Below, piece by piece: positions 1 to 13,547 of a stretch of DNA of 64,000 nucleotides. A program made the position numbers and the translations under genes. The DNA is from Paramecium tetraurelia (lineage: Eukaryota), in assembly GCA_000165425.1 (NCBI GenBank), contig CT868441.1, positions 385,769-449,768 on the forward strand, written 5' to 3'. Position 1 is the first letter of the stretch; the number at the start of each line of letters is the position of its first letter. The notes beneath the pieces were generated by a model, which was not told where the DNA came from, searched no databases, and saw only the letters and a program-made list of their open reading frames with translations.

Positions 1-3000
1 CTTCGTTTACATCACTTCTAGAATTGCAGTTGTCTATAATCCATTGAACAATCAACAGAAGTTCTACGAAGGACACAGATTCAAAATCACTTGTCTAGCC
101 ATTCATCCATTAAAGTGTTTTGTGGCCACAGGTGAAAGTGCTCCTAGACCTTGCATTCACGTTTGGAATGTGTTCAACACTGAACCAGTCAAAATCATCA
201 GAACTAATCATAAGAATGGTATCTACGACTTGGTGTTCTCCAGAGATTCCTTATTTATAGTCAGTATAGGCATAGATGAAACCTATTCAGTCTAAGTGAC
301 ATCTTGGAAGAATGAAACTATTATAGCATTTCGAAATTCAGGGACATTCCCAATCTGCTGTGTTATGTTCAACCCATACAATCGATATGAGTTTGCTACT
401 TGTGGATACTAGAATATCACCATATGGTCATTACAAGGGAGAAACCTGATTAGAAGTCAAGTCATATTATCAGATGAAGTCAAGTATTCTAATGGTTGTT
501 TCATCACCTGCTTAAAGTTACATCTCCTATCTCTTAAGTGATAAAGTAGAAAGTGACATCATTGTGGGCAAATAACTTTGGAGATCTGGCTTTGGTTTCC
601 TGTGGCAAATACATAGTCGTGAAAGAGAGGTAATTATTATACTAATATTTGTTTAGAGCACATCAAAAGATGATCAATTGTTTGAAGATATCCTAAATAT
701 TGGGAGATAAGGTTGTTATCATAACTTGTGGAGAAGATGAGTACATCAAAATATGGGATACCAAATTTAATTTGATTAATGAGTTCAACATCCGTAAGAC
801 TGGATTCTTTCAGGATGGTACTCCAGCAATTAGGGTATGAATATATACATATCTCCTATTTAGAATCTATCGGCGTAATCAATCGATATCTTTTCATGTA
901 AGGTACCCAAGAGATAACTTAATGAGGAGGAAGTGGAAGAACCCCACAATTTATCTGTGATGTTGGTTGGAACTAGAAATGGTGACATCTTGGAAGCAGC
1001 ATTCTAGGTAGAGTCTTAAGGCTTAAAGTTACAACAAATTAGAAAATAGGAAAGTCATTCTGAGGATGAGCAGGACAACTCCAATGATTCTAGTGTATCT
1101 GAACAATAGCAGAGACAACATTATACAACAACAGAAACTTTGAAATTCAACTATTCCATTTACATGAGATCACATCAATCATAAATATTTGATAGTAAAT
1201 AACAAATAGATTTCTTTAATAAGAAGATGTTCATCACTCTCCATCCCACCTAACCTATTATGGTATCGATGGGAGAAGATCAGAAATTAATACTCTGGGA
1301 TACTGAGAATAATTCATTGCTATTAGTCAAGAATATGGGTATGACTCCGACTGCCATCCGATTATCACCAGATGGAGATCTGCTAGTCATTGGGTTCCAG
1401 AATTCAATGGTTGTGATTATGGACTCCAAGATTCAAAAGAACACAATGGGAAAAGTGAGTGAACGTTACTTGTTGCCATCCTTGGACATCATCATGAATA
1501 TCAAGGATAAGGATAATAAGACACCCGTTTTGAATATAGAGTTTTCACATAAGGGGGACATGCTTGCCATCTCATATGATAATGCTCGTAGTTAGAAGGA
1601 TGTATTCGACTCTAAGTTGGAAAAGGAGGGTTCTTTCATTTCCGTGTGGGTTAATAGAGGTTCTCATCGTACATCCAAGTATAGAGCAACAGACAAGAAT
1701 CTATATTTGAAATACACTGACATTCGTTGTCCTTCACTTTATGAATCTTATTAGACTGACAATGACACTTATGGAGTGGCTGCTTACTTCATGACATTCA
1801 GTTAGGATGGCAATTATCTGTTAATTTATTATCAATTGATAAACAATCAGTAAACAAGAATCAACAATGATCCTCAGGGAGTGTACATCATCTGGGATCT
1901 GAATTCAAATACATCAGTCAAAAATTGGGAGACCATCAAGAACATATAGTGGAAGAAGTTGAATTTCCCAAATAGTTTGCATTCCTAATACCAGTTTTAT
2001 GATTCTTTGATAGGAAATCCGAAGTAGAAGTAAGAACAAGAGACCAATTTGGCAAATGAAATACTCAAGACTCCAGTGATGTCAGTGATGGTTGACATAT
2101 CTCCATTTCTAATATGTGGAAGCACCAATGGAGATTTACATCTGGTCAAATCCTCTTGTCTTTACTATGATAAAGATTTTATCACTGAAATCAGTAAAAA
2201 ATAGAAGTGTTTGGCTAAGTCATATTCTGCTCATGTTTCATTTGTGAATCAAATAGAGACTCATCAGAATGCTCAATATCTTTATACTACTGGTATATTG
2301 GATGAATGCATTATGAAATGGAAATTGACAGAAGAACAATAGAATTGGGATTTGGATTATTTGATTTATGATAAGAAACAAGCAGATCTGTTTTAGGAAG
2401 TGTAAGAAAAGGAGAAATTCAAAAGTTTGTTCTCCGAGTTACTACCCTTACGTTAGGGGATATCAGATAAAGTGAAGAATGTGGATGACACCAAACAACC
2501 TGAAGTGGAACTCAAATTGGAAAGTATAATTGGAAGAAGAGCATTCACAAGGAGGAACAATCTATTTTATGACTATGATGAAAGACTGATTTATGTGGCA
2601 GGTTGCAATTTGGTGATTGCTAGTTTGGATGATGAAGATGAATAGGATGACAAGATTACATCGTAATTTAAGAAATACAATGGAGGACAATTGCAATCAG
2701 AGAGCAATTCAGTGTTCCAATAATTCATTAAGTTAGATCAATCAGATACATCATCATCACCTGAGATCTCATGTATTACGTTGAGTCAAGACAAGAAATT
2801 ATTGTGTGCTGGTACTATTGAATTGAATGCTAAATTATTGATTTGGGATATATGTTCAAGAACGTGTGTTAAGAATATTGTCATCAATAATGCAGTCATG
2901 ATTATGAATATCAAATTTGCTTATGACAATAGACATCTTATTTGTAATGCAATCACTCAGGAGTATAGATAAGAAATACTGTTGATTGACTCTGAAAACC

Positions 3001-4612
3001 ATTAGGTTTTGGGAGTAGTCACATATACATACTCAATACCATATAAGATTAAGGATTTGGAATTCTACCCTAACAGTGTCTTTAGATTTGTAACATGTGG
3101 AGTGTAGCATATGTCTTGTTGGTAATTTGCAGGAGGATCATTGACATTCTAAGCAATGGAAATTGAAAATCCAAAGGATTTAGTGGAGTTGGTGGAGAAT
3201 CAGAATGACGAATAAGAAGGAGTCTAAGATAATGAGTAGGAACAAGATGCTTTAAGAATCACATTTTTGACTGTGATATTTGTATAAGATGCAATAATTA
3301 CAGCAGGTGAAGATGGATTCATATACGTTTGGGATGACAAAAAGATCAATAAGAAATAAAAGGCTCATCCAGATCAACCCATCTTCTGTTTATACACAAG
3401 CAAAGATTCTTCGATGTTCGTATCTGGAGGAATGGATGGAAGAGTCATTCTGTGGTCTTTGAGTAAATCTGAGTATTCCTATGTTGTGGAAAAGATATAC
3501 GAATATAGTATTGCTAATGAATAATTACAGAAGGTAGGATTGAATCCAAATCTACATGTTTAATCAGTCTGCATTGGATAGAACTACATTTTGGCAGGAA
3601 CACGAAGTGGTGATATCTATGAATTAGTTAGACCCAATGAATCCGATTTGAAATGTAAACATTTTGATTAAATTTAGCTTTGACTAAGATTCAGAAGGAT
3701 ATGGTTAAATTAAGAATCAATTGCACTGATCATGATCAACCAAAAGTTGTAGCTTTTTCTGGTAATGCTCAGAAATTGTATTCCATAACTCAAAAGGGAC
3801 TGTTTGCTGTATGGAATTTGAGGAAACTGAAACGAACGTATTCTTTCGCATTTGAAAAGGCCACACTGAATTTAATAGTGTGCAAATTGTCACCTAAAAT
3901 TATTATAGCTTTTGAACAAGAGGTGATTGTTTTGAATGATCATGATTACAGTGTTAATTCTAATTATTCTCTAAAATAGAAATCAGCAATCTCAGATATG
4001 AAATTGAGTGTTGATGAGAAGATGCTTGCTTTGGCCCTCTCAAGAAATCAAGAACAAAATGCTAAAATTGAAATATACGATGTTGAAAACGAAGAAAATA
4101 ACTTTAGATTACTTTGTAGCATTGACAATCTAAACACAAGTGTCGAGTACTTGGATTTCTCCACAGACAATTTCTATCTATTCTATAAAGATGTTTCAGA
4201 TGAGACTGCCCTAATCGATCTGGATCAACAGAAACGAATCAACAGTATGCACATGGAATTCGATTTGGAATGGTGTAGTGATGGAATCAAATTAGCTGAA
4301 AAAGCCAAGGGAGTGCACTCTTGTTATACTGACGAAAATAGAATCCACAAAATCACGTTGATCGGAGAAAAGTCCATGGCAGTATTTAATACATCTTATT
4401 CAAGGTTACTGATGATATGGGAACCATAAGGATCTTCAATTATCCCTGTACTTCTGGCACAAGGATACATGCGCATATATACTGATCATATGATGTACAT
4501 CAATCAATGTGTGGCCAGTCCAGATAAGGAAACTTTGGTTACGACCTCAGAACAAGACAAATGCATCATGGTGTGGAAGATACAGAAGGTTGATGTCAAT
4601 AATACATAATGA
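1..4612 (+). CDS. EML (echinoderm microtubule-associated protein-like) multi-WD40 protein, 5'-truncated by the window edge
   Basis: WD40 repeats (GHRFKITCLAIHP..VATGE..PCIHVWN; ITCGEDEYIKIWD; SGGMDGRVILW) and a HELP-like segment PEVELKLESIIGRRAFTRRNNLFY at ~2500-2570. Introns 630-656, 835-863, 3655-3677, 4382-4404; TGA 4610-4612. Frame disruption at ~515-575 (see findings). Confidence 0.85.
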
Positions 4613-4619
4613 TATTTAA

Positions 4620-5635
4620 TCATTTGAACTACACTTTAGGCAGTCCAGCCAAATTGAAGATGTGCTTATTTTTCTTTAAGAAATTGTCTGTTGTCGTTCT
4701 CAACACTTCCAACTCTGTCTCTATGTTTTATTACTTTCTAAATTTAACAACATTCCTTACGCCAACATATTGTTCTTCTCTTAATTTGCACTTTGAGCAT
4801 CTTAATATGCCAATCTGCGTTCATGTTCCAGAAAGTCACTCTTCAATTTCAATTAATAAATCTAGAAGTTACATTTATACAATCTATACCATCTTCGCAT
4901 CTTTATTCTACTACTCTATATTATCACTAAGAATCCTATTTTACTTCGTCTTTATATCATCCAATTCATGTAACAATGACTCACATTCTGCCACTTAATC
5001 GTCCAATTCCTACTGTTTCCTCTCCAATTCCCCTTATTTAACTGCTAAATCAAATTAAGACTTTTGCAATTGATTTGTTAGATCATCCACTTAATTCTAT
5101 AGTCCTTTCAATTCATCCATTAGTTCTGCAACACTGCTCTTACCCACACTTCTAAGATTCTCTATGATCTCTTCTGCATCTACCACTCGTTACTTATAAT
5201 AATTCAAATCATGTTCCATCACCTTGCAATGATCAATCAATTTAACATGACTCTTTTCAAGACCACCAAAATTAGAAGTCATCTTTCTTATAAAATCTTT
5301 CAATTGCTTGTCGATATTCTTCTATTCAAAAAATTGTTGAGTAACAACTATTTTCTCGATCTTCTAATATTTGTCTGATGCAATTTGATTCATCTGATTC
5401 ACATAATCCGCATTCAATTATCTTAACTTCTCATTCTCCTACCTCAATTACCTAATCTGAGTCTCCTAAGCTATTAAATCTAATTGAACTATCTACTCTT
5501 TAATGTCTAAGTGCATAATTTCAATTTAGTCTTCAAATAATCTACCTAAGATTCAACTTGATCAGGTAAAGCAGAAGATGCTTCACTTTCATCACTTTGA
5601 TTGGCCCTACTGAAAACAACGACATTATTATTCAT
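4620..5635 (-). CDS. Coiled-coil protein, ~312 aa
   Basis: ATG 5635, TGA 4620. Open in code 6 after removing three GT-AG introns (26, 28 and 23 nt); heptad-like E/K/Q/L-rich sequence. Confidence 0.75.
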
Positions 5636-6872
5636 TTTATTAATTATATAATCTTTGTATTTCTAAAAAATCAAATTATATTTAGAGTTATAACTTGATG
5701 AATACTATTTGAGTATGAATTATTATAGGCATAGGCAATATTAAGAACAACCTATTATAATGTATTTAGTATTAATTATTCTATCCAGGTTTTTATATAC
5801 CATATTCTGAAGATTGGCTCATGTCATAAAAGTGGAGTATCGACTAATTGTTTATAGTTAAATTTCTCACTCATTATTATAATTAATAAAATCATTAGTA
5901 ACTGAATCTCATTTTTAAATAGAAGTGTAAAGGGACTGAAATTTAACTATCAGTTCTCAAAAGAACTATAGTATAGGATCAAATTTAACAACTAGTAAAA
6001 TCGAAAAAAATTTATAGTATTTTTAATTATATTGAGGTTTATAAAATTTAAATTAGTATTATAAGAAACAAGTTAAAATTATATAATATAAAAATATGTA
6101 AAATAAAACTTCAGATATGTGTTATAGAATAATTTGATGAATTGTTGCCAATTATGTAATGCGTAAAAATTAGACATAAAATTGTTTCAACTATTTAGAT
6201 CTTATGTTATAAAAAAACTAAAAAGAATTGCAATTAAGAGAAATAATAATTACATAATTTCATAATTAAGATATCTTAATAAACAATATATGATTACTTT
6301 ATAAATAAATATTTTATTATTCTAAAGTTCTGTTGGAGTTAATGATGTCAAATCTTTTTTCCTATATATAAACACCTATAATTTTTGATATCCTCTATAC
6401 ATCCCAACTTGTATAAGAAACTCAGCTGAAATTAAGAAGCCAAAAACAATTTCATTTTGAATGCAATCTTTATCTTAACTTATCTTATTTTCAATCAATA
6501 AATTAGATAATATTATATAGAAATATCTTCAATCAAAACGGAATCCATTTTATTACATATTTTTGACATGTAAAGTAATTAACAGAATGAATGATGCTTT
6601 ATTCTTGAATTATGTCTCAATTTTTTCCACTCTTCTTGCTCTAACCCTTACTTTGGGAGCTTGATTAAATGCTATAGATATCACACAAGTATAACACTAA
6701 AAAATAATTATGCCTGCTACTAAAATCTTTATTTTTCATTGTGTTATTGCAAAGTGACATCAACCTTTTGATTAACTTTGAAATGATAAATGGGCTTCCT
6801 AGATTAGATATAGCCATATATTGATTTAATGTTTAATAAAGTACTCATATATTACAATATATTATGTTTATA

Positions 6873-7259
6873 TCATCCAAAAACTATCAGTTTTCTGTGA
6901 CTATCTACTTTCTTCAAAATTTCATCTATCAATTCTGTCGGTTTATTCATATCAGTTAATATGCATTTTAGATGATGTAAGAATCGGTCGAATTATTAAT
7001 TAGTAATATTCAGATTCTTATGAACCTCAATCAAATCTCTTTTATTTGATATTCAAAATTACTTTCCAGTATATTTGGTGTGAGGGCAGCCAAACATTTA
7101 AGCAAAAAATGTTTTTTATTAAAGTCTCACTCTTGTCATATCAGATTTTAAAAATTTTCCCCTTAAAGATTAATCAAACAAGACCTTATAATAAAACTAA
7201 TCTATGAGATCTGAAATTTAGCCATCCCCTCCGAAGGAATCAAATACATTTTAATCCAT
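6873..7259 (-). CDS. Group I truncated (2/2) hemoglobin, 120 aa
   Basis: MDQNVFDSFGGDGQISDLIDQFYYKVLFD...DMTRVRLQQKTFFAQMFGCPHTKYTGKDLIEVHKNLNITNQQFDRFLHHL...: GG motif, B9-B10 FY, YTG and proximal His. One 24-nt intron; absent from the ORF track. Confidence 0.9.
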
Positions 7260-7313
7260 TTTTATAATAAAAAATTTATTAATTAGACATCTCAAATCTT
7301 AAACTTATAACTA

Positions 7314-8524
7314 TCATTTTCCCTTTTTAACCTTGTAATAATTTGGGCAATTTTTCTTGACGTACTCCTCTTCATTGAATTCTCTACAAGATGATTCCAT
7401 TTCTAGATATTATTCCTGAAGATTTTTCACATTTTAAGTCATTTAATTATATTTCTCTTCCAATTGAAGTATTTCATTCTAAGAATTAGGTTAAATCTAT
7501 ATAAGATACATGTAAACTGTTAATGTTATGTTGATGTTCTTCCCTTATTTATTCTAAATGCCTTAACTTAATTTGATTGGAGCAAATAGATTCATCATAA
7601 AGGTCCAAGAACTCTTTCTTACTCTTTTATTTGCCCTTCACATTGCCCTTCTTCATATGTTATGGCAATGCACTAATTAACTAATTCAATTTTTCTCGTA
7701 TTTATATATTTTCTTAGGCAAGGACTGTGTTTTCATCTTTCAGTTTCTAGTAAATGTGTTCGCTCTTTTGTGATTTTTATATTTTGCCTGAGATGATACT
7801 CATATTATTTTGTAACACCTGTATTCTTTATGCCTTTGCAGTTAATTCATAATTAATACTCTTTTTTATAGCTCTTCCCACTGCTTCTAAATTATCTTTT
7901 CTAATTCATTTTGTCTCTTGTCTCCCATTGCATTGGCTTGGAGTTGATTTCTAACTTCAGCCTAAACAGCCTTAACTTTTTCGCTATCTTATAAATACTT
8001 TTCATTTTGCTTAATATTACAAAAGCCATTATACTTCCTATAATTGTTTCTCAACTTAAAGTTTAATTTATTCAGCTCTTTGTATTTTATTTTGATAATC
8101 ATCTATTTTTTAGGTGGTTTCCTCAATCCTTTATTATAAATCAGCTTCTGATTCTTTAGACTATTCAATGCTGCTTCTCATTTGTATGATTTCATTTTGA
8201 ATAGCTTCAAGATGCATGTACTAAATTTAAATTTCATGATTTTACTAATTGACTTTTCAAATTATTTTCTTCTTTTATTTGCATATCAGATTCCTTCTTC
8301 TCTTCTAATTTCTATCGACACTTTTGTTCAATTTCTTGGAAGGCAAATTCATCATCAGAAGACTCTCCTGAGTTCATTTCCAATTAATCTTCTTCCTCTT
8401 AAATTAATTGTTTCAAATGCTCATTCTCATCTTAGACTGTCTCTCTCTTTTCTTGCAGACTCGATATGTTCTTAAACAACTCACTAAATTTCAATGTCAA
8501 ACTCTCCAACAGAACCTCATCCAT
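7314..8524 (-). CDS. Coiled-coil protein
   Basis: ATG 8524 (MDEVLLESLTLKFSELFKN), several tiny introns, ends KVKKGK-TGA at 7314; E/K/Q-rich. One internal exon junction (~7800) was not fully resolved. Confidence 0.7.
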
Positions 8525-8646
8525 TTTTAATAACTGAATAAATTGAATTGTCTATTTATAAAAATAAATAGTTATCTCTATCTATAATATTTTTATAAAA
8601 ATTCATATATAGAAATGATTTAACAATAAATAAAAAGGTATTTTAT

Positions 8647-9844
8647 TCAATTTTATTCTTTTTCAGATTGTTAATTTTAATTTTGAATTTCGATCTCAAT
8701 CTCATTATCAATTTCATGATCACGATCATTCTCATTTTCTTCATCTCTTGAGTCACTGTTCTATTGTGGTTCGCTGTCCTCAGCAATTACCTTATTAAAA
8801 ATTTGTCTCCCATCCACCTCTTCATATTCCTTCCTTAACTATTCGTTGTTATTGGGAGTTGTGGGTTTGTTGGTGAAGATACTTTGCAATTGGGTAACTT
8901 GAGGACCTGAAAGATTGGGATTCTTGAGAGCCTGGAGAGGCAGAGGTTTTGGGAAGAAATTTTATTAAGGAACTTTGCTATCAGTCTTGTTCGACAAAGA
9001 GGATTTGAGGTCAAAGCGTTTGGAAGTGGAGAGCAATTGTCCATAGCCTGCACTTTCATTCATCTTCGGGAGTTGTTGCTATTGCTACACCTTCAACTTC
9101 TCTTTGTCCTTTTTCATCTTAATCCAATCGTAGGTCGAAATACCTTTGTACCTTGATTTAGATTGATGGCTTACTTGAAGAATAGGTGCATTCCCAATAA
9201 ATAAGAAAGAACAAAAAGGATTGGAGGATCAAGAATGATGCTGATAAGAGCAAGAATTTAGAAGGCGTAGTTCAGTAAGAGGAGGATGTCCTGAATAATC
9301 CTCAAACATTTGAAAATGACAAGCAAGACCACCAAGATGAAAAAGTAGTTGTAGTTCTTGATGCCTATGCAATTGTTCAACCAAATACAATGATGATCAA
9401 ATACTTCAACACACCTTATTATTTAATATGTTACTTATTACAACTAAAACAATGCTTTGACTTTTCCATCACGTGTGCCTGACACACTAAACAATAAGTC
9501 TTGAGGTCAGTCTTGAATTCCAATCTAAAAATAACATAATCATGCACCCTTTCGATTTAAAGTTTTGCTCCTTCAAGACAACACTGTCGGTAGGGTCTAT
9601 GAGTGTAGCTCTTAAGCACGTGTAGACGATGCCCATCGTAAGAATTGTCAGCACTATCAGCATGAATTCCTAAGAATTAGTCATAGACTACCTTGACTCC
9701 ATCATCCATTAAGAATGCAATCATAAAGGACATTATCATGTCGAAAACCGTGTATATCCAACTCACTGCCTAATACAGTTGTATATCGCTACACCCATGT
9801 CGTCGAATGGGTCTCAATCGCTCCTTTTCTATATCTGCATTCAT
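8647..9844 (-). CDS. DHHC palmitoyl-acyltransferase
   Basis: [21 protein letters not shown]^[25 protein letters not shown] with a 20-nt intron at 9415-9434; flanking TM helices; acidic C-terminal tail. Confidence 0.95.
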
Positions 9845-9889
9845 AATTATGATTATAAAGTATTTTGAGATATATAATTATATGTACAA

Positions 9890-10551
9890 TCATTTTTCTT
9901 TGAATACAAATTATAACAAATTATTAAGTTCTTTGATTTGAGTAAAGTCAACAATGTGAACAAATATACGGTTTCCATCATAGATTGTTTGAATCATCCT
10001 CTGGATTTCCTTTTCTTTTCCAGATATTTTCATATCCAATCTATCATTGCCGATTAGATGTATGGGAACTTTCCCTGTCATTTTGTTTTCATTACATATC
10101 TTTTAAACTTACGCAATTCTCCTCTTAAACAACGAAACATCAAATTATTCAAAAATTATCATTATACAGTTAAAAGTATCATTCATTCTATTCTCTAAAT
10201 CTAACAAACCTCCTTCACTTGAATCGAATTCCTTACACAATTAACCCAACAAAATACCCAAAATTGAATTTTTTATTGTTAATACAACATGCATTTAACA
10301 TCTAACCCAATTGTTTAAGGCAAGTTACTGACCATCGGAGTTTAATTTATGAGACTACAGATAAAGGCTGTTTTTCCAACTGCTGTATTCATACCCAAGA
10401 CAGCTATCTTATAGCATGAACCGAGTTTGATCGAGTCTTACGAAGAGACCGACCTACAAATTGTGAGATTTTCGTTCGTCGATCTTACATCGATTGATTT
10501 TTAGTAACGGAGTGAGATTTTTTTCTAAGTGATCCCTTAAGTTGCACCCAT
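9890..10551 (-). CDS. Divergent Rab-like small GTPase with an N-terminal MG motif
   Basis: MGATQG...YKIAVLGMNTAVGKTAFI...PQTIGLDVK...KIQFW^EFDSSEG...VPIHLIGNDRLD...VFKEK-TGA; one 26-nt intron. Confidence 0.75.
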
Positions 10552-10567
10552 TTATATTTAATAATAA

Positions 10568-11452
10568 ATGCAATAACAAAAAAACAAAAAAAAGAAATTC
10601 TAAAAGCACCAAAGATCTGGACAACAACAAGCCCAATCAGATTTTCTCTACAGCGGCTTCCTAATTACCTGCGATAAAAATCGAGAGAGAGAAGCAGTCA
10701 AAGAAGGCTATTAAATCATTGAACAATATGTCGAATAAATCTATCCTCAGGAATCACAAAAACATGAAAAATTGCTTGAGCAGAACACAAATACTAAGGG
10801 CGTTGTCAAGATGCTTTATAATTTTGACACTAAGGTGAAGTGCGTCATCTTCATCAGAATCAATACTCAAGAATTCCCCACCATTGATGTCGATGAATTG
10901 AGTCGAATAATCTTAAGCGATGTCTATGACAAGTCCCAACAAGTGGCCAGATACATCTACAGAATGATACCCATTTAATATGTATTCAGAGCCACTTTGG
11001 AAGAATTTAAAAAGCATGCCGAATTCCTCGTGAATAAACACTTCCAATTAGATAGACCACACCCGTGGTTTTTGATATTTAAGACTAGATACACAGATAA
11101 AATTAATAAATAATAGGTGCTATCGATTTTACAAGGGTTGATTGAACCTCTGCATTATTAGGATTGGTAAGAGCCTGAATTTGTTTTCTTTGTAGAAGTG
11201 AATGGAGCCATCATGTATATCAACATCCTGCCAAAATATCACGTATTTAGAGAATACTCAATTCGAAAGGGAGGATAACCTGTCTTGGATACTGATATTC
11301 CTGAGAGAAAAAATAATTTTGTAGACAAAGTAGTGAAGAAGGTAAGATGTCAGAATGAGCAAGAAGTGAAGAATGCCATTAGCATTTAAGATCCAAATTC
11401 AGACTTCTAGAAAAAGGAATTCTTTGAAGAATAGGATGTAGATCTATTGTGA
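10568..11452 (+). CDS. THUMP domain-containing protein 1 / Tan1-like tRNA-modification adaptor, 294 aa
   Basis: SGFLITCDKNREREAVKE...TKVKCVIFIR...RYIYRMIPI...EPEFVFFVEVNGAIMYINILPKYHVFREYSI. Intronless, 885 nt. Confidence 0.85.
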
Positions 11453-11489
11453 TTTATGTATTATGGTAAAAATATAATAAGAGTCTTTC

Positions 11490-12144
11490 TCAGTTTTTGT
11501 TCTGGCTTTGCTGTTTTCTACACTCCTATATTTGCTTTTGAAAATCCTACTGAGCCTCTTTATCTTGCATCTGAACAGATAGCTTTTCCCCTTATTGAAA
11601 ATATTGCCTGAATACACACAAATATTTACACAGCAAGTGTATATTTTTTATTGCTGCTAAGGAATTTGCCATATTTCAAATAAGCCTTAATGTTGGTCTT
11701 GTCAACATATATAATAAAATCTAATAACTCTTTAGTAGCAGGTGACTTCAAAAACTCCAAACAGATTTGAATGTTGTGAATAAGAGAAACACCTAACTCT
11801 CTCCACAGTTTGCTATCATTCAATGCGAGCACAGACTAGTAATACTCATTCAGAGCCTTCTCATATTATTATTTTTTATCAAATTGTTTTCCCTGAGTTT
11901 TGTGGTATTTAATCCACTCCGATCTATCTCCATAAGTTGAACCCTAACCAATAGTTTTATGTTTTACTTCTATTAACTTTACTATTCTTTAATCCTACTC
12001 AATTCTGCTTTTCTCAACATCAGGACTTAATTAGTTAGAACAAATTACTTACAGTTTCTGATCACTCCCTTAGAGCTCCAATTGCATTAATTTCTATCTT
12101 ATCAAATTTGTAATTCCCTCTAACTTTATCTTCTCCAACTCCAT
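11490..12144 (-). CDS. TPR-repeat protein
   Basis: HKTQGKQFDKKQQYEKALNEYYQSV...HNIQICL...DKTNIKAYLKYGKFL follows the TPR pattern; ATG 12144, TGA 11490. Confidence 0.7.
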
Positions 12145-12344
12145 ATATATTAATTAATACTTATATTTTTAAGAGTATTTAATATAAAAAATCTCTTTAG
12201 AAATTCTATAATTCGAATGATTCGGTTCAATTGTTTTTGATAGCTTTATTCCATTTATTGACTTTGAATCTGTTTGGACTGATTAATAATCTAAATTTCC
12301 TTTCGATTATAAATAATTTAAATTCAAATTTGTCAGAGTAGAAT

Positions 12345-13547
12345 ATGAAATCAATTAGGTAAAGGTTGACTCCAACGAAACTCAAGGTGAAAGATGAGAC
12401 AAACATAAGCAGAATTTGCTGTGTGAATCATTCAAATAAGAGTGCCAAGTATTATGTGGCCAAGGACAACTCCGTCTACTTATGTTCGAAATGCGCAGTC
12501 TAAATGATGGGCAAAGGATAAAAGGTTGAAGAAATGCCTGGTCTTGAAGAAGAATATAGAAGGAAACAAATTAACCAATTCATCAATTAAGTAAATAACA
12601 ACATCCCCCACATTGATAAAATGATGAATGCCTTAATTACAAAAAGAGATGACATTTCAAAATACTATGAATAACAGAAAGAGAAAATTGAAAAGTTTCA
12701 TACTCAGATTATCCAATACTTAGAAGAAGAAAAAATGAAAAAGTTACAATAGTTGCATACCAATTTTAAGAATGTATCAAAATAATATGATGAAAGTATT
12801 TAAAGCTTATAGCAATCAAAATCTGAAACCATGTGTATGAAAAAGGATATAGAATGTAACCTAAATCAAATAATCAAGTAAATTTAAAATGAACCATTTA
12901 ATGAAATTATGGCTAGTTATCATAAAAATCTTCAAATATTTGTTGGCAAGACGGATCTTATAGCCAAAACTCCCATCGAAGTTCTAAAAGTTACATTAAA
13001 TGAACCAATTAATTTGAGTCATTTAATTTTAATCCAACAATTAAAAACTTGTTTAATCAAGAAAAACGTTTAAGATTAAAATTCTAAGCAAGAAGTTAAT
13101 GATAGTGTGTATTAAAGTCTGGAAAAGAAGGAGTACTGTACATAACCAAAAGTAAGTCGAATGGCTTTATCCTCAGTAAAAACTCCTAAATAAGATTACA
13201 GCATCAAAAATGTGGCTTCGTTTGAGATAACAAGTGAGGATTGCTATGAGGAAGGACATTCTTAAATGATAGAAAGAGATGATATAGAGAATTCATATTA
13301 GATGATGCTACTAGACACAAATTCAGATCAAGAAGATAAGAAACCTGATTAAGATATATTAGGATCCTTTGGACCAATTCAAATAACTAATGCTAATGCT
13401 AAAACTAACAATAATAATATTTTATAACCAAATAATAATAAAGTATTGGTTTCAAAAATTATTGAAAGAAATAACTAAAAAAATGATAGAAACATTGAAA
13501 AGAATTATATGTTTAAAGCCACGAATACATCCCTAAAATATGTATGA
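12345..13547 (+). CDS. B-box-like zinc finger + coiled-coil protein, 400 aa
   Basis: CCVNHSNKSAKYYV...YLCSKCA followed by a coiled coil; 1203 nt open in code 6. Confidence 0.7.

Noticed and set aside
5640..6870. AT-rich spacer with short ORF fragments
   Set aside because: No domain similarity or intact frame found.
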